NCBI GenBank assembly: GCA_019359615.1
Contig: JAHHHA010000035.1
Span: forward strand, 1 to 62,573
Length of the DNA stretch: 62,573 nucleotides
Source of the DNA: Cyanosarcina radialis HA8281-LM2
GTDB lineage: Bacteria > Cyanobacteriota > Cyanobacteriia > Cyanobacteriales > CCAP-1448
Direction of reading: 5' to 3'
Part shown: positions 37,756-47,408 of the stretch, piece after piece
Layout: each line of letters opens with the position of its first letter
How positions within the stretch are numbered: the stretch's first letter is position 1
Made by a program: the position numbers and the translations under genes
The notes under the pieces: model-generated
Seen by the model: the letters and a program-made list of their open reading frames with translations, nothing else
What the model was told of the DNA's origin: nothing
Databases searched by the model: none

Positions 37756-38382
37756 ATGTATGCAGTCATTTCACGAGAAAAAATCCAACTGCCACCCGGT
37801 ACGGTGGTGCGAATGCCCGGTTCTTGGCAAGATTATTGCGCCCTGCGGGACAGTCGCGGCGATGGCTCCATCCCTCGAATTAAATATCGAGATGGAGAGA
37901 TTTTACTCATGAGTCCCATGCCCCGCCACGGTAGGGAAGCTCATTTACTGGCTGGAATTGTAGAAATCCTGTTAGATAGCGAAAATCGCAATTACGAAGC
38001 CTTCACCCCAATTACCATAGACAGTCCCGAATCTAGGGGCATCGAACCGGATTATTGCTTCTATATCGACAATTGGCAGGCAGCCGTGGGCAAAGACCGA
38101 ATCGACTGGCAAACCGATCCGCCTCCCGATTTGGTAATTGAAATCGACGTGACAACTTACACCGCTGCTGAAGATTATCTTCCCTATCGCGTCCCAGAGG
38201 TGTGGTTGTTCAAAAAAAATCGCCTGTCGATCCATCAACTAGAAAACGATCGATACGTCCTGCAAGAAACCAGTCAATTTTTCCCCAACTTCGATTTAAA
38301 AGCGATCGCCTCTGAATGTCTAAAAGTAGCAGCAGAACGGGGAACGGGAGTAGCTTTGCGAGAATTGCGATCTAATTTTTAG
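37756..38382 (+). CDS. Uma2-family (DUF820) PD-(D/E)XK-like putative endonuclease
   Basis: It has the typical Uma2 layout (…YRDGEILLMSPMPRHGREAHLLAGIVEILL…EPDYCFYI…PPDLVIEIDVTTY…RVPEVWLF…). Confidence 0.75.
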   Translation: MYAVISREKIQLPPGTVVRMPGSWQDYCALRDSRGDGSIPRIKYRDGEILLMSPMPRHGREAHLLAGIVEILLDSENRNYEAFTPITIDSPESRGIEPDYCFYIDNWQAAVGKDRIDWQTDPPPDLVIEIDVTTYTAAEDYLPYRVPEVWLFKKNRLSIHQLENDRYVLQETSQFFPNFDLKAIASECLKVAAERGTGVALRELRSNF

Positions 38383-38439
38383 TAGCTTAATTGATGCTAG
38401 ATTATTATATATCTCTGACCGTTGGTTTAACTCAATAAA

Positions 38440-38712
38440 ATGGAAGTGACCCGTTTATCTAAAAAAGGAAAAGTTATCATTCCTAAAGCTTTGCGGATTG
38501 CTCGTAACTGGGAAGCAGGTCAAGAACTGATTGCTATCGATGTTGGGGATGGTATTCTTCTCAAACCCAAAAATCCTCTTCCAGAGACTACATTATCCCA
38601 GGTAACAGAATGTTTAAAAACTGGAGAGAAATCAAAGAATTTAGACGAACTAGAAGATGAGATTTGCCGAGGCTCAATGGAGCAGTGTGACGATCGCAGT
38701 CGCTCAAAATGA
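38440..38712 (+). CDS. AbrB/MazE/SpoVT-family antitoxin-like DNA-binding protein
   Basis: The SpoVT_AbrB N-terminus is MEVTRLSKKGKVIIPKALRIARNWEAGQELIAIDVGDGILLKP. No intact toxin gene follows it. Confidence 0.55.
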   Translation: MEVTRLSKKGKVIIPKALRIARNWEAGQELIAIDVGDGILLKPKNPLPETTLSQVTECLKTGEKSKNLDELEDEICRGSMEQCDDRSRSK

Positions 38713-38909
38713 GATTGATGGTATGAGAACGGTCGGGATTTTGCTGATGGACTTCACTTAGTACAAAGTCAAAACTATTCTGCCTTATACACATTCGATA
38801 CTAAAGTTTATTAACAGAGTCGAAGAAATAACTGACCGCGAAATTCGCACCTTCAGATATTTACTCGCAACCGCGATCTATAAAATCTTGCAATTAGGAC
38901 TCGTGTTAG

Positions 38910-39026
38910 TTAGGCTAACAAGACGATCGCCAATAAAAAACCAGCAATTGTCAAACTAGATTCCACAAACATCCTAGCGGCGCTCTTTTCAGATAAGATT
39001 TCAACTTGAGTTACTTGAGTTTTCAT
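38910..39026 (-). CDS. Candidate small membrane protein (38 aa) not in the ORF track
   Basis: Translation of the minus strand gives MKTQVTQVEILSEKSAARMFVESSLTIAGFLLAIVLLA. A strong RBS (ctcggaggtataaaccATG) precedes it and a C-terminal TM helix follows. Read directly from the sequence. Confidence 0.3.
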   Translation of the reverse strand: MKTQVTQVEILSEKSAARMFVESSLTIAGFLLAIVLLA

Positions 39027-39121
39027 GGTTTATACCTCCGAGGGAGCTAATGAATGCTCTCCTGTGGGAAGATACAAGCACTCTCGATCGGATTCCGCAA
39101 ACTTCGGCCAGATTTTTGCGA

Positions 39122-40405
39122 TTAAATTTTAGCCACGCCCACAGCCTCGATCGCAGCTTCCAGAGCGATGGCGATATGAGTCCAATGGGTTCCCCCTTGG
39201 CAAAACACGATATAAGGTTCCCGCAACGGGCCGTCGGCAGAAAACTCAGAGGTACTGCCATCGATAAACGTGCCCCCAGCCATTACCAGTTGGCTGTCGT
39301 AACCGGGCATCGGTGCTGGTATGGGATCTAGATAGGAACCGACAGGAGAGTGTTGTTGAATCGCCCTACAGAAGGCAATCAGCTTCTCTTTGGAACCTAA
39401 CTTAATCCCTTGAATCGGATCTCGGCGGGTCGCCATCGGCAAGGGATTGACTGGATAGCCCAATTCTTGAAATACATACCCCACCAAATGATTCCCTTTC
39501 ATCGCTTCTCCTACCATTTGCGGGGCGAGGAAGAGTCCCTGAAACAGCAGCCGATTTTGGTCGAAGGTTGCCCCTCCCGTGCTGCCAATTCCTGGCGCTG
39601 TCAAACGGCAAGCAGCAGCTTCTACTAACTCAGACTTCCCAGCAATGTAACCGCCAGCGGTAGCGATCGTCCCCCCAGGATTTTTTATTAAGGAACCAGC
39701 GATCAGATCTGCCCCAACCTCCGTCGGTTCTCTGGTCTCGACAAACTCCCCGTAGCAGTTATCGACGAAGCAAATAGTTTGAGGATTTTGTTGTTTGACG
39801 ATCGCGACGATCTTCTCGATCTCGGCGATGGAAAGGCTAGAACGCCAAGCATAACCGCAAGAGCGCTGAATGTGAACTAGACGAGTATTATCTCTGACTG
39901 CTTGCCCTAGTGCCTGCCAATCGATAGTTCCCTCTGGAGTAAGAGACAATTGGCGGTAACTAATGCCAAAATCTATCAAGGAGCCTTGCCCCTCTCCCCG
40001 CAAGCCGATGACTTCTTCTAAGGTATCGTAGGGAGAACCAGCAACGGCTAGCATTTCATCGCCTGGACGCAGAACGCCAAATAAAGCACAAGCGATCGCA
40101 TGAGTTCCTGAAACGAATTGCACGCGCACGGCAGCGGCTTCTGCCCCGACGACCTCAGCAAATACTCGATCTAGCGTTTCTCGCCCCAAGTCGTTGTGAC
40201 CGTAACCCGTCACGCTGGCAAAGTGGTGAACTCCTACTCGCTGGTGGCGAAAAGCATTTAAGACTTTTCTCAGATTTTGCTTGACCTGAGCGTCAATTCC
40301 AGAAAAGATGGGAGAGAGTGCTTTTTCTGCTGCTTCTAGCAGTTTTAAGCTGTTCATTAACGTTTCTAACGCGGTTAATCCGATCGATTTATAGACCATA
40401 CGCAT
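39122..40405 (-). CDS. Aluminium-resistance-protein family / Cys-Met-metabolism PLP-dependent enzyme (YnbB-like)
   Basis: 427 aa. The motif …HFASVTGYGHNDLGRETLDRVFAEVVGAEAAAVRVQFVSGTHAIACALFGVLRPGDEMLAVAGSPYDTLEEVIG… matches the Met_gamma_lyase/aluminium-resistance family. Confidence 0.75.
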   Translation of the reverse strand: MRMVYKSIGLTALETLMNSLKLLEAAEKALSPIFSGIDAQVKQNLRKVLNAFRHQRVGVHHFASVTGYGHNDLGRETLDRVFAEVVGAEAAAVRVQFVSGTHAIACALFGVLRPGDEMLAVAGSPYDTLEEVIGLRGEGQGSLIDFGISYRQLSLTPEGTIDWQALGQAVRDNTRLVHIQRSCGYAWRSSLSIAEIEKIVAIVKQQNPQTICFVDNCYGEFVETREPTEVGADLIAGSLIKNPGGTIATAGGYIAGKSELVEAAACRLTAPGIGSTGGATFDQNRLLFQGLFLAPQMVGEAMKGNHLVGYVFQELGYPVNPLPMATRRDPIQGIKLGSKEKLIAFCRAIQQHSPVGSYLDPIPAPMPGYDSQLVMAGGTFIDGSTSEFSADGPLREPYIVFCQGGTHWTHIAIALEAAIEAVGVAKI

Positions 40406-40419
40406 TTTAAGGTTAGTGC

Positions 40420-41253
40420 ATGACTGTTACCACCTCAACTGAACGTCCCCTCCTGTGGCACATCGTTATCTACTTAGCTGTCATCCATCTGATGGCGCTT
40501 TTTGCCTTTCTACCCGGTAACTTTAGTTGGACAGCAATCGGTGTTGCTGTCTTTTTGCATTGGGTGACTGGCGGTTTAGGGATTACTCTGGGATGGCATC
40601 GTTTAGCGACTCACCGCAGTTTTCAGACTCCCAAGTGGCTAGAATACTTTCTAGTTTTCTGCGGCGCACTATCATGTCAGGGAGGTGTAATTCATTGGGT
40701 GGGTCTGCATCGCCAGCATCATTTATATTCCGATCGCACTCCCGATCCCCACGATTCCCACGAGGGTTTTTGGTGGAGCCATATGGGCTGGATGTTGCGC
40801 GAGGTAGAAGATAACACAGTAATTGCTAAACTAACTAAAGATATTGGTAACGACCCAGTTTATCAATTTCTGCAAAATTACTTTATCCCCATCCAAGTGG
40901 TTTTTGGGCTTCTCCTCTGGTGGTGGGGCGGCTGGTCGATGGTCGTTTGGGCCATATTTGTCCGCCTAGTAGCCGTGTTCCATTGCACTTGGTTGGTCAA
41001 CAGCGCTACCCATTTGTTCGGCTATCGTACCTATGAATCGAGCGATCGCTCTACTAATTGTTGGTGGGTGGCTTTACTAACTTACGGCGAAGGCTGGCAC
41101 AACAACCACCATGCTTATCAATATTCTGCTCGTCACGGCATGAAATGGTGGGAAATCGACCTAACTTGGATGACTATTCAATTACTCCAACTGCTAGGTT
41201 TGGCGAAAAATGTCAAGCTGGCAGGTAAGGAAGAAAGCGTACCTACTCAATAA
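40420..41253 (+). CDS. desC: Acyl-lipid delta-9 fatty acid desaturase
   Basis: 277-aa membrane desaturase with three His boxes (HRLATHRSF; HRQHH; GWHNNHHAYQYSARHG). Confidence 0.85.
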   Translation: MTVTTSTERPLLWHIVIYLAVIHLMALFAFLPGNFSWTAIGVAVFLHWVTGGLGITLGWHRLATHRSFQTPKWLEYFLVFCGALSCQGGVIHWVGLHRQHHLYSDRTPDPHDSHEGFWWSHMGWMLREVEDNTVIAKLTKDIGNDPVYQFLQNYFIPIQVVFGLLLWWWGGWSMVVWAIFVRLVAVFHCTWLVNSATHLFGYRTYESSDRSTNCWWVALLTYGEGWHNNHHAYQYSARHGMKWWEIDLTWMTIQLLQLLGLAKNVKLAGKEESVPTQ

Positions 41254-41280
41254 AGTAGAAGCTTAATAGTTAACCATTTT

Positions 41281-41309
41281 ATAGAGACGTAGCCGTGCTG
41301 CGTCTCTAT
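41281..41309. repeat. REP-like palindrome variant (atagagacgtagccgtgctgcgtctctat)
   Basis: Directly visible inverted repeat just downstream of desC and upstream of the Rpn-family gene. Confidence 0.6.
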
Positions 41310-41411
41310 AATTTTTTAGGGGTTGAAATTCCTACTCCATCCAGGAGTTATACCAATTGATACCATTTCGATCCGATCGCTCTTTCCACTAGCGCGATCG
41401 CATCCTTGAAC

Positions 41412-42317
41412 TTAACTATTCTCCTCTTCGGACTGAACCTGAAGTTGCTGGAGATGTTCGATCGTCAGTCCCGTGACTTCAGCGATCGTCTCTAAGGGAA
41501 TCTGCTTGCGAAGGAGATTGAGGGCGATCTCCTGTCTTTCCTCTTCTCGTCCTTTCTCAATCCCCATTTCTTCTATAGAAGTGACGTAAGGCATCTGTCT
41601 CTCCCGTTCGTACTGCTCCAGTTCGTCCCGAAAAGCCTGCTTTAGTCCTGTCGGTAACTCCAACATCCAATCGATAAATCGGAATAAATTCAGTATATCT
41701 TCTCGACTATAACCTTGCTCGTACAACCGTTTGGTCAGCCTGAACTTCCACTCCTTCCTGGCTGAAGCATTATTTCTGGTTTCCTTGGTCTTCAAATGTG
41801 CCATTACCGCGATCGCAAAGGGATTTCTACTAGCCTCTAACTGCTCCCAGCGCCTCTCATAATCCAGCAACTTGATGATAGGAAATTCAAACTGGACGCA
41901 ACATCCCCACAACTCGTCTCGCCACGGCTGCGGTCGCCAAGTTTCCCGTTCGTCACCCAGAATCGCCAAACTAACAACAGGCCGGTCGTACCGATCTCGC
42001 AAACGATAGTAGTAAACAAACATCCGTTCGCTAAAGTTACTCTCTTCCTGACTTTGAATTTCGATGTGAATCAGAACCCAAGTTTCCTCGCCGTTAAGCT
42101 TCCAAACCTTGACCAACTTATCGGCCAAGCGTTTGCCTAATTCTGCATCCCGCACCACCTGCTGCAATTCTGTATCGAGAAATTCATAACCCCGATTCCA
42201 GTCAACCTCAGCATGGATCTGGGGAAAGAAGAATTGCAAAAAATCCTGAAAATAAGCTTCGAGAATATCTTTCCAGGGGGAGTCAAATTCATCGCGTACT
42301 TCGGTCATTGCTGTCAC
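41412..42317 (-). CDS. Rpn/YhgA-like recombination-promoting nuclease / putative transposase with a C-terminal DUF4351
   Basis: The conserved N-terminus is (…DSPWKDILEAYFQDFLQFFFPQIHAEVDWNRGYEFLDTELQQV…) and the C-terminal DUF4351-like segment is (…LLRKQIPLETIAEVTGLTIEHLQQL…). Confidence 0.75.
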   Translation of the reverse strand: MTAMTEVRDEFDSPWKDILEAYFQDFLQFFFPQIHAEVDWNRGYEFLDTELQQVVRDAELGKRLADKLVKVWKLNGEETWVLIHIEIQSQEESNFSERMFVYYYRLRDRYDRPVVSLAILGDERETWRPQPWRDELWGCCVQFEFPIIKLLDYERRWEQLEASRNPFAIAVMAHLKTKETRNNASARKEWKFRLTKRLYEQGYSREDILNLFRFIDWMLELPTGLKQAFRDELEQYERERQMPYVTSIEEMGIEKGREEERQEIALNLLRKQIPLETIAEVTGLTIEHLQQLQVQSEEENS

Positions 42318-42490
42318 AGGAAAATTATCGCTTTACTCTAGCAAGCAATTTTAGTGTTATCGATTGATAGAAAGGATGCGATCGCCCTCTGTTCCGATTT
42401 CTTAGTTGCGAAAAATGTAACCTGTGAAATATCTATAGCAAAAATCTGTCATCCTAATTAGTGGGTACTTTTAACCGTGGAGAGGTGGAG

Positions 42491-43798
42491 ATGAACCGAT
42501 ACTGGCTCAAGTTAGCAGGAATAAGTGCAGTAGCGGCAACTATCCTTTTACTATATTGGTTAATCCCGCATCTGCCGAAGATCGCCAGCGCCGATCGCTT
42601 TACCCCAGAAACGATCGCTACCTCTCCCTCAACGCCATCAGACGTATCTTCACCGACAACTGCACCTCAGATTGGTAAGGTCAACGAAAAACTTGTGGCT
42701 GCTAATACTAATTTTGGATTCAAACTATTTTCTCAAATTCGCCAACAAGAGGGCAAAAAGAATGTTTTTGTCTCGCCTACCAGCATCGCGATCGCTCTTT
42801 CTATGACTTACAACGGGGCGGCGGGTGAAACTCAAAGCGACATGGCAAAAGCTTTAGAGTTGCAAGGAATTAGCTTAGCAGAAGTCAACCGAGGCAATAA
42901 GGAAATTAAAGCCTTGCTAGAAAATCCTGACTCTGGAATTCAACTGGCGATCGCTAACTCTTTGTGGACGAAGAAAGAAATTGCTTTTAAACCGGAATTT
43001 ATTCAACAAAATCAAGAATTTTATCGAGCAAAAGTTACGGATTTAGACTTTAAAGATCCCAACGTAAAAGATATTATTAATAATTGGGTAAAAGAAAGCA
43101 CTAAAGGCAAGATCGATCGAATTGTTGAAGAAATCAAACCCGATGATGTCCTGTTTCTAATTAATGCCATCCACTTTAAAGGTAATTGGGCGCGAAAATT
43201 CGATTCCAGTCAAACTGCTAATTATCCCTTTTATCTACTCGATGGCAAGTCGAAGCAACATCCGATGATGTCTCAATCGGGTAAATATAAATACTTCGAG
43301 AATGAAAGTTTTCAGGCAGTTAGTTTGCCCTACGACAAGGAAAGATTTAGTTTTTACATCTTTCTACCTAAAAAATCCACCACTTTAGATGCTTTCTCCC
43401 AGCAGTTAACAGCCCAAAACTGGGAAGCTTGGATGAAAAAATTTAGGCAGCGAGAAGGATCGATTCGGATACCGCGCTTTAAACTAGAATATGAAAATGA
43501 ATTGGCATCCACGCTCAAAGCTTTGGGAATGCGATCGGCTTTCGAGCCAGGTAAAGCCAATTTTTCCCAGATGACGGCTGAATCCGTATTTATTTCTCAG
43601 GTAAAACACAAAACTTTTGTCGAAGTTAACGAAGAAGGAACCGAAGCCGCCGCTTCTACCTCTGTCGGTATTAGTATTACCTCTGCACCTGTAGAAGAGC
43701 CTTTTAACTTAGTTGTCGATCGCCCTTTCTTCTGCGCTATTCGAGACGATCGAACTGGAACGATCTTGTTTATGGGATCGATCGTCGAACCCAATTAA
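42491..43798 (+). CDS. Serpin-family protease inhibitor, secreted or membrane-anchored
   Basis: The N-terminal hydrophobic segment is followed by a serpin core (…FVSPTSIAIALSMTYNGAAGETQSDMAKAL…NAIHFKGNWARKF…), a reactive-centre-loop-like segment (…EEGTEAAASTSVGISITSAP…) and a C-terminus (…FFCAIRDDRTGTILFMGSIVEP). The start was chosen at MNRYWLK with RBS gtggagaggtggagATG; the ORF opens at 42461. Confidence 0.85.
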   Translation: MNRYWLKLAGISAVAATILLLYWLIPHLPKIASADRFTPETIATSPSTPSDVSSPTTAPQIGKVNEKLVAANTNFGFKLFSQIRQQEGKKNVFVSPTSIAIALSMTYNGAAGETQSDMAKALELQGISLAEVNRGNKEIKALLENPDSGIQLAIANSLWTKKEIAFKPEFIQQNQEFYRAKVTDLDFKDPNVKDIINNWVKESTKGKIDRIVEEIKPDDVLFLINAIHFKGNWARKFDSSQTANYPFYLLDGKSKQHPMMSQSGKYKYFENESFQAVSLPYDKERFSFYIFLPKKSTTLDAFSQQLTAQNWEAWMKKFRQREGSIRIPRFKLEYENELASTLKALGMRSAFEPGKANFSQMTAESVFISQVKHKTFVEVNEEGTEAAASTSVGISITSAPVEEPFNLVVDRPFFCAIRDDRTGTILFMGSIVEPN

Positions 43799-43828
43799 GC
43801 GGTTCCAGTTCCACATTTAGCAACCCCA

Positions 43829-44773
43829 TCAGCCGATCGCAGCTAAATTTTGAGTTGCTAGTTGTTGATTTTTTTGTTCGCGATCGTTTAATTTTTGCAG
43901 AAAATCTTGGGTTAACTGCACGAACGATTTAGCCCCTGTTGACTGAGGATTGCTCAAAACTACTGGCATAAAACTATCAAAAGCTTTTGCTACCGCAATA
44001 TCGAGGGGAATTTGGGTTTTAAAGATTTTTTCGATATCGAAATCTTGAGCGATTCTCTGCATTACTTTCCGATGATACATCCCCGTTCCAGTAATAAAGT
44101 TGCCAGACATGGTGAAAACAATTCCTAGCATTTCTACTGCCAATCCACCTTCAGATTCGTGAATTCTTTTTAATTCATCAATTCGTCTCTTTAGTAATTG
44201 AACCCCAATTACAGATAAAGGTTCTGGCTTCATCGGCAGCAGGTAATAATCGCTAGCAAACAAGCCACTGCGAGTCATGAGATTGTAACCAGGGGCACAA
44301 TCTAAAATGATAAAATCGTAATCATCAATTACTGGTTTTAATATCCCAGTTATCAAATTTCTCTCAAATCGATTCCAAACAAATTGAAAGTCTAGCTTGT
44401 CAAAAGCAAAGGCTTCTTCATGTAGCATCTCAGCCACTACAAATTCATCATATAATTCGATATCACCAGGTAACAAATCGAAGTTTTTTACTTGACAGAT
44501 CGAGTAATGAATAGCATCTTTAATATTAATTGAATTGGAATTGTTAATTTGAAAAGTCTGTTCGAGCAGTTGTTTCAAAGTCCGTTTTTCTTTTCGATGT
44601 TTGGCAAATACGTTAGGAGACATCAATCCTAGAGTGGCGCTAATTTGCGTATCTAAGTCAAATACTAAAACTCGCTTGCCATAATCTTTGGCTAAAGCAG
44701 CAGCTAAGTTAACGCTGAGAGTGGTTTTGCCGACACCACCTTTCATATTGGCAGTAGCGATTACATATGCCAT
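43829..44773 (-). CDS. ParA/MinD-family P-loop ATPase with a ~60-aa C-terminal extension, apparently orphan
   Basis: The deviant Walker A with signature lysine is (…ATANMKGGVGKTTLSVNLAAALA…). There is no ParB-like partner in either direction. Confidence 0.75.
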   Translation of the reverse strand: MAYVIATANMKGGVGKTTLSVNLAAALAKDYGKRVLVFDLDTQISATLGLMSPNVFAKHRKEKRTLKQLLEQTFQINNSNSINIKDAIHYSICQVKNFDLLPGDIELYDEFVVAEMLHEEAFAFDKLDFQFVWNRFERNLITGILKPVIDDYDFIILDCAPGYNLMTRSGLFASDYYLLPMKPEPLSVIGVQLLKRRIDELKRIHESEGGLAVEMLGIVFTMSGNFITGTGMYHRKVMQRIAQDFDIEKIFKTQIPLDIAVAKAFDSFMPVVLSNPQSTGAKSFVQLTQDFLQKLNDREQKNQQLATQNLAAIG

Positions 44774-44994
44774 TACTTAATTCCTCTATAGTCGATCGCT
44801 GGAGTCAATTAGTTCTAGATAGAGACAATAGCTTATATCAGATAATTAAGATCGATTTGGTATAATTAGTTTCAATTTTCCAAAAATCTTAACGATCCAG
44901 AGGTAGCCGCGAACGGTAAAAAACATGACCGCTTAACTAAATCCTGGGTTATATTGGCGATCGTAACGGTAGAGAAGAATAACCAACAAAAACT

Positions 44995-45552
44995 ATGGCA
45001 AATCAAGGGCTAATACTTTGGCTCACGGGACTGAGCGGTTCGGGAAAAACCACCATAGCGAAAGGGATAGGGCAAGAACTTCAAGCACGCTCTTGTATGG
45101 TTGAAGTTTTAGATGGTGATGTCGTCAGAACTAATCTTTCTAAAGGTTTGGGTTTTAGCCGAGAAGATCGAAATACCAACATCCGTCGAATTGGTTTTGT
45201 CGCCCATCTTCTCAGTCGCAACGGCGTTATCGCTATTGTCGCTGCCATCAGTCCCTATCGCGCTGCCAGAGATGAAGTTAGAAACATGGCAGGCAAATTT
45301 ATTGAGGTTTATGTTAACGCTCCCTTGGCAGTTTGCGAGCAGCGAGATCTCAAAGGGCTGTATGCGATGGCCAGAGCAGGGGAACTCAGAGCCTTCACGG
45401 GGATTGACGATCCTTATGAAGAACCCCTCAATCCCGAAATAGTTTGCTATACCGCCGAAGAAACTGCCGAAGAGAGTATTGCTAAGATCCTTGCCGAACT
45501 AGAACGACAAGATTACATTCCACCCAAGCCAGAAATAGAGTACGCGATTTGA
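44995..45552 (+). CDS. cysC: Adenylylsulfate (APS) kinase
   Basis: 185 aa (…[20 protein letters not shown]…[35 protein letters not shown]…). Confidence 0.9.
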   Translation: MANQGLILWLTGLSGSGKTTIAKGIGQELQARSCMVEVLDGDVVRTNLSKGLGFSREDRNTNIRRIGFVAHLLSRNGVIAIVAAISPYRAARDEVRNMAGKFIEVYVNAPLAVCEQRDLKGLYAMARAGELRAFTGIDDPYEEPLNPEIVCYTAEETAEESIAKILAELERQDYIPPKPEIEYAI

Positions 45553-45640
45553 GGAGATGGGGAGATGGGGAGATGGGGAGATGGGGAGATGGGGAGATGG
45601 GGAGATGGGGAGATGGGGAGACAAGTTAGCAGAGGTGAAT
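45553..45640. repeat. (GAGATGGG)n octamer microsatellite, ~9 units, immediately after the cysC stop
   Basis: Directly visible. It is followed by (CCCTATG)n and (ATTCATA)-type heptamer runs at 45660-45730. Confidence 0.9.
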
Positions 45641-45704
45641 TTGCAACTTTGAACTCCTACCCTATGCCCTATGCCCTATGCCCTATGACCCCTTTCATAA
45701 TTCA

Positions 45705-47204
45705 TCATTCATAATTCATAACTCTGAACTCCTCTCCTTCTGACTTTTGGCTTTTGCTCTCAAGACTACAAAAGCTAACGATAATTGCTACCATCAGCCA
45801 CCAGACTGTATTGGCAGCGGGGCGATACCACACGGTATCGACTAAGCCGTGACCGAGCAAGGCTAACATACCAGCGATCGCAGCGATTAACCACAGACCT
45901 TCTCGGTTTTCTCTCGCTCTTAAGCGAGTAAACTGCTGCCATCCCCGATGAAAAGTGACGGCTAACAGCCACAAGAAACAACTCAATCCGACCAAACCAG
46001 TTTCCACCAAGATTTCTAAGGGGACAGAATAAGCGCCCAAAGCAGTGTAGGCAGGACTGATTTGATATATAGGGTAAATCCGGTTGAAGGCGTTGTTGCC
46101 AGGGCCGATACCGATAATCGGACGATCGCGGATCATCTCCAATACGCCCGCCCAAACGTTGATCCGGAAATTGTTGCTGCTGTTGGCTCTGTTAGCAAAG
46201 ATACTGAAAACGCGATCGCGGAACGGTTCGACTAACAGCAGTCCCAAAATTACTACTAGAGCGAAAGTCCCTAGAGACAAAGGTAAGAACCAAGTCCGCC
46301 ACCATGGGCGTGAAGACTCAGAACTCAGGGCAAACTCCCGACTTTGAAACCGGGAGTTTGTCCAACCGTCATCGGCAGTTTCCGTCTCAGAGCCGAGTTT
46401 TTCCCACCACAAATAAAGCAGCACCAGAAAGGTGCAAATCAGAATTGCTAGCCCAATAAAACCGCCGCGACTGTCGGTAAAAACTAAGCAGGCAGTGTTG
46501 GTAACGAAGATGGTTAATGCTAAAGCTTTAGGCAGCCAAAAACGCCACACGAACAAAGCTGCAATTGACAGCGCGATCGCAGGTAACAAATACGCTGCTA
46601 GTAAGTTGGGATTGCCTAAGAAACTGTAAGCGCGGGTAGCATTTCCCTGAGTCGATTCTGGATCGCTCCAAGTAGCCAGGGGCGGCACTTTAAAAAACCA
46701 CTGCCTGATCCCTTCGACACTGACAATCAAGGAGATGTGTAAGTAGAAAGCGATTAACCAAGAACGAACTCTAGGCGATCGCAACATTCGCGCCATCAAA
46801 GCAAAAAACAGCAAATATAAAGTGAGCTTGCCCAAGCCGAGGGCTGCTTCTTTTTTGACCGGAGACAAAGCCGTGGCGATGACAGAAATCCACCAATAGA
46901 GCAAAACCAGCAAGTGGATCGGAGTGACAGATTTAGTATCGTCTGAGAGCGTCACCAGCACCCAATAGACAGCAGCAGCCCCCAAGAAGAAAATTCCCAA
47001 GGTAGTGTTGTTCTCAGGACTAAAAGGCGCTAAGCCAAACACCAGAGTCATTAACACCGCTCCTATTGGCTCTACCGATTTCATCAACCAGCTACCGGAA
47101 CGCCATGCTTGCAACGAACCGACCAATCGGTAGACGTAGCTATGAACTCGCCATTGCTCCAGAGGCAGTTCTGACAGGGTAAATTGTTGCCAAATTGAAT
47201 TCAT
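45705..47204 (-). CDS. ictB: IctB-like membrane protein (O-antigen-ligase-domain family)
   Basis: The N-terminus MNSIWQQFTLSELPLEQWRVHSYVYRLVGSLQAWRSGSWLM… and downstream segments (…TPIHLLVLLYWWISVIATALSPVKKEAALGLGKLTLYLLFFALMARMLRSPRVRS…; …NNFRINVWAGVLEMIRDRPIIGIGPGNNAFN…) closely resemble Synechococcus IctB as recalled. The start was chosen at MNSIWQQ (47204); the ORF opens at 47228. Confidence 0.8.
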   Translation of the reverse strand: MNSIWQQFTLSELPLEQWRVHSYVYRLVGSLQAWRSGSWLMKSVEPIGAVLMTLVFGLAPFSPENNTTLGIFFLGAAAVYWVLVTLSDDTKSVTPIHLLVLLYWWISVIATALSPVKKEAALGLGKLTLYLLFFALMARMLRSPRVRSWLIAFYLHISLIVSVEGIRQWFFKVPPLATWSDPESTQGNATRAYSFLGNPNLLAAYLLPAIALSIAALFVWRFWLPKALALTIFVTNTACLVFTDSRGGFIGLAILICTFLVLLYLWWEKLGSETETADDGWTNSRFQSREFALSSESSRPWWRTWFLPLSLGTFALVVILGLLLVEPFRDRVFSIFANRANSSNNFRINVWAGVLEMIRDRPIIGIGPGNNAFNRIYPIYQISPAYTALGAYSVPLEILVETGLVGLSCFLWLLAVTFHRGWQQFTRLRARENREGLWLIAAIAGMLALLGHGLVDTVWYRPAANTVWWLMVAIIVSFCSLESKSQKSEGEEFRVMNYE

Positions 47205-47408
47205 CGATCGAATCAGAATACAGAACACAGAATACAGAATAAGCCATTAGTTAAGTAATAAGTAATAGGTAAGTAAGTAACACTCTATGCCCGATGCCCC
47301 ATACCCCATGCCCTATATCCGAAATTTTGAGAGTGTTAAGAATTACTCCACTTCCTGACGATCGAGGTCAAAATAACTCATATAGCAACTTGGAGATCCC
47401 CTAGCTCT

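Noticed and set aside
39001-39261. 86-aa minus-strand ORF overlapping the 3' end of the aluminium-resistance-family gene
   Set aside because: It is out of frame with and overlaps a well-supported gene. The better small-ORF candidate is the 38-aa ORF at 38910-39026.
41412-44773. Prophage or integrative element (Rpn nuclease, serpin, ParA)
   Set aside because: There is no integrase, tRNA attachment site or phage structural gene. The genes are interspersed with housekeeping loci (desC, cysC), so this is scattered accessory genes rather than a discrete island.
45553-45640. Possible CRISPR or coding repeat (GAGATGGG)n
   Set aside because: A pure 8-bp microsatellite lying between the cysC stop and the ictB-like stop. 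It has no spacers and no ORF context.
45775-46155. 126-aa minus-strand ORF within the ictB-like gene
   Set aside because: It is an alternative frame of the same strand region as ictB, and its product is Arg-rich and low-complexity. ictB homology supports the other frame.
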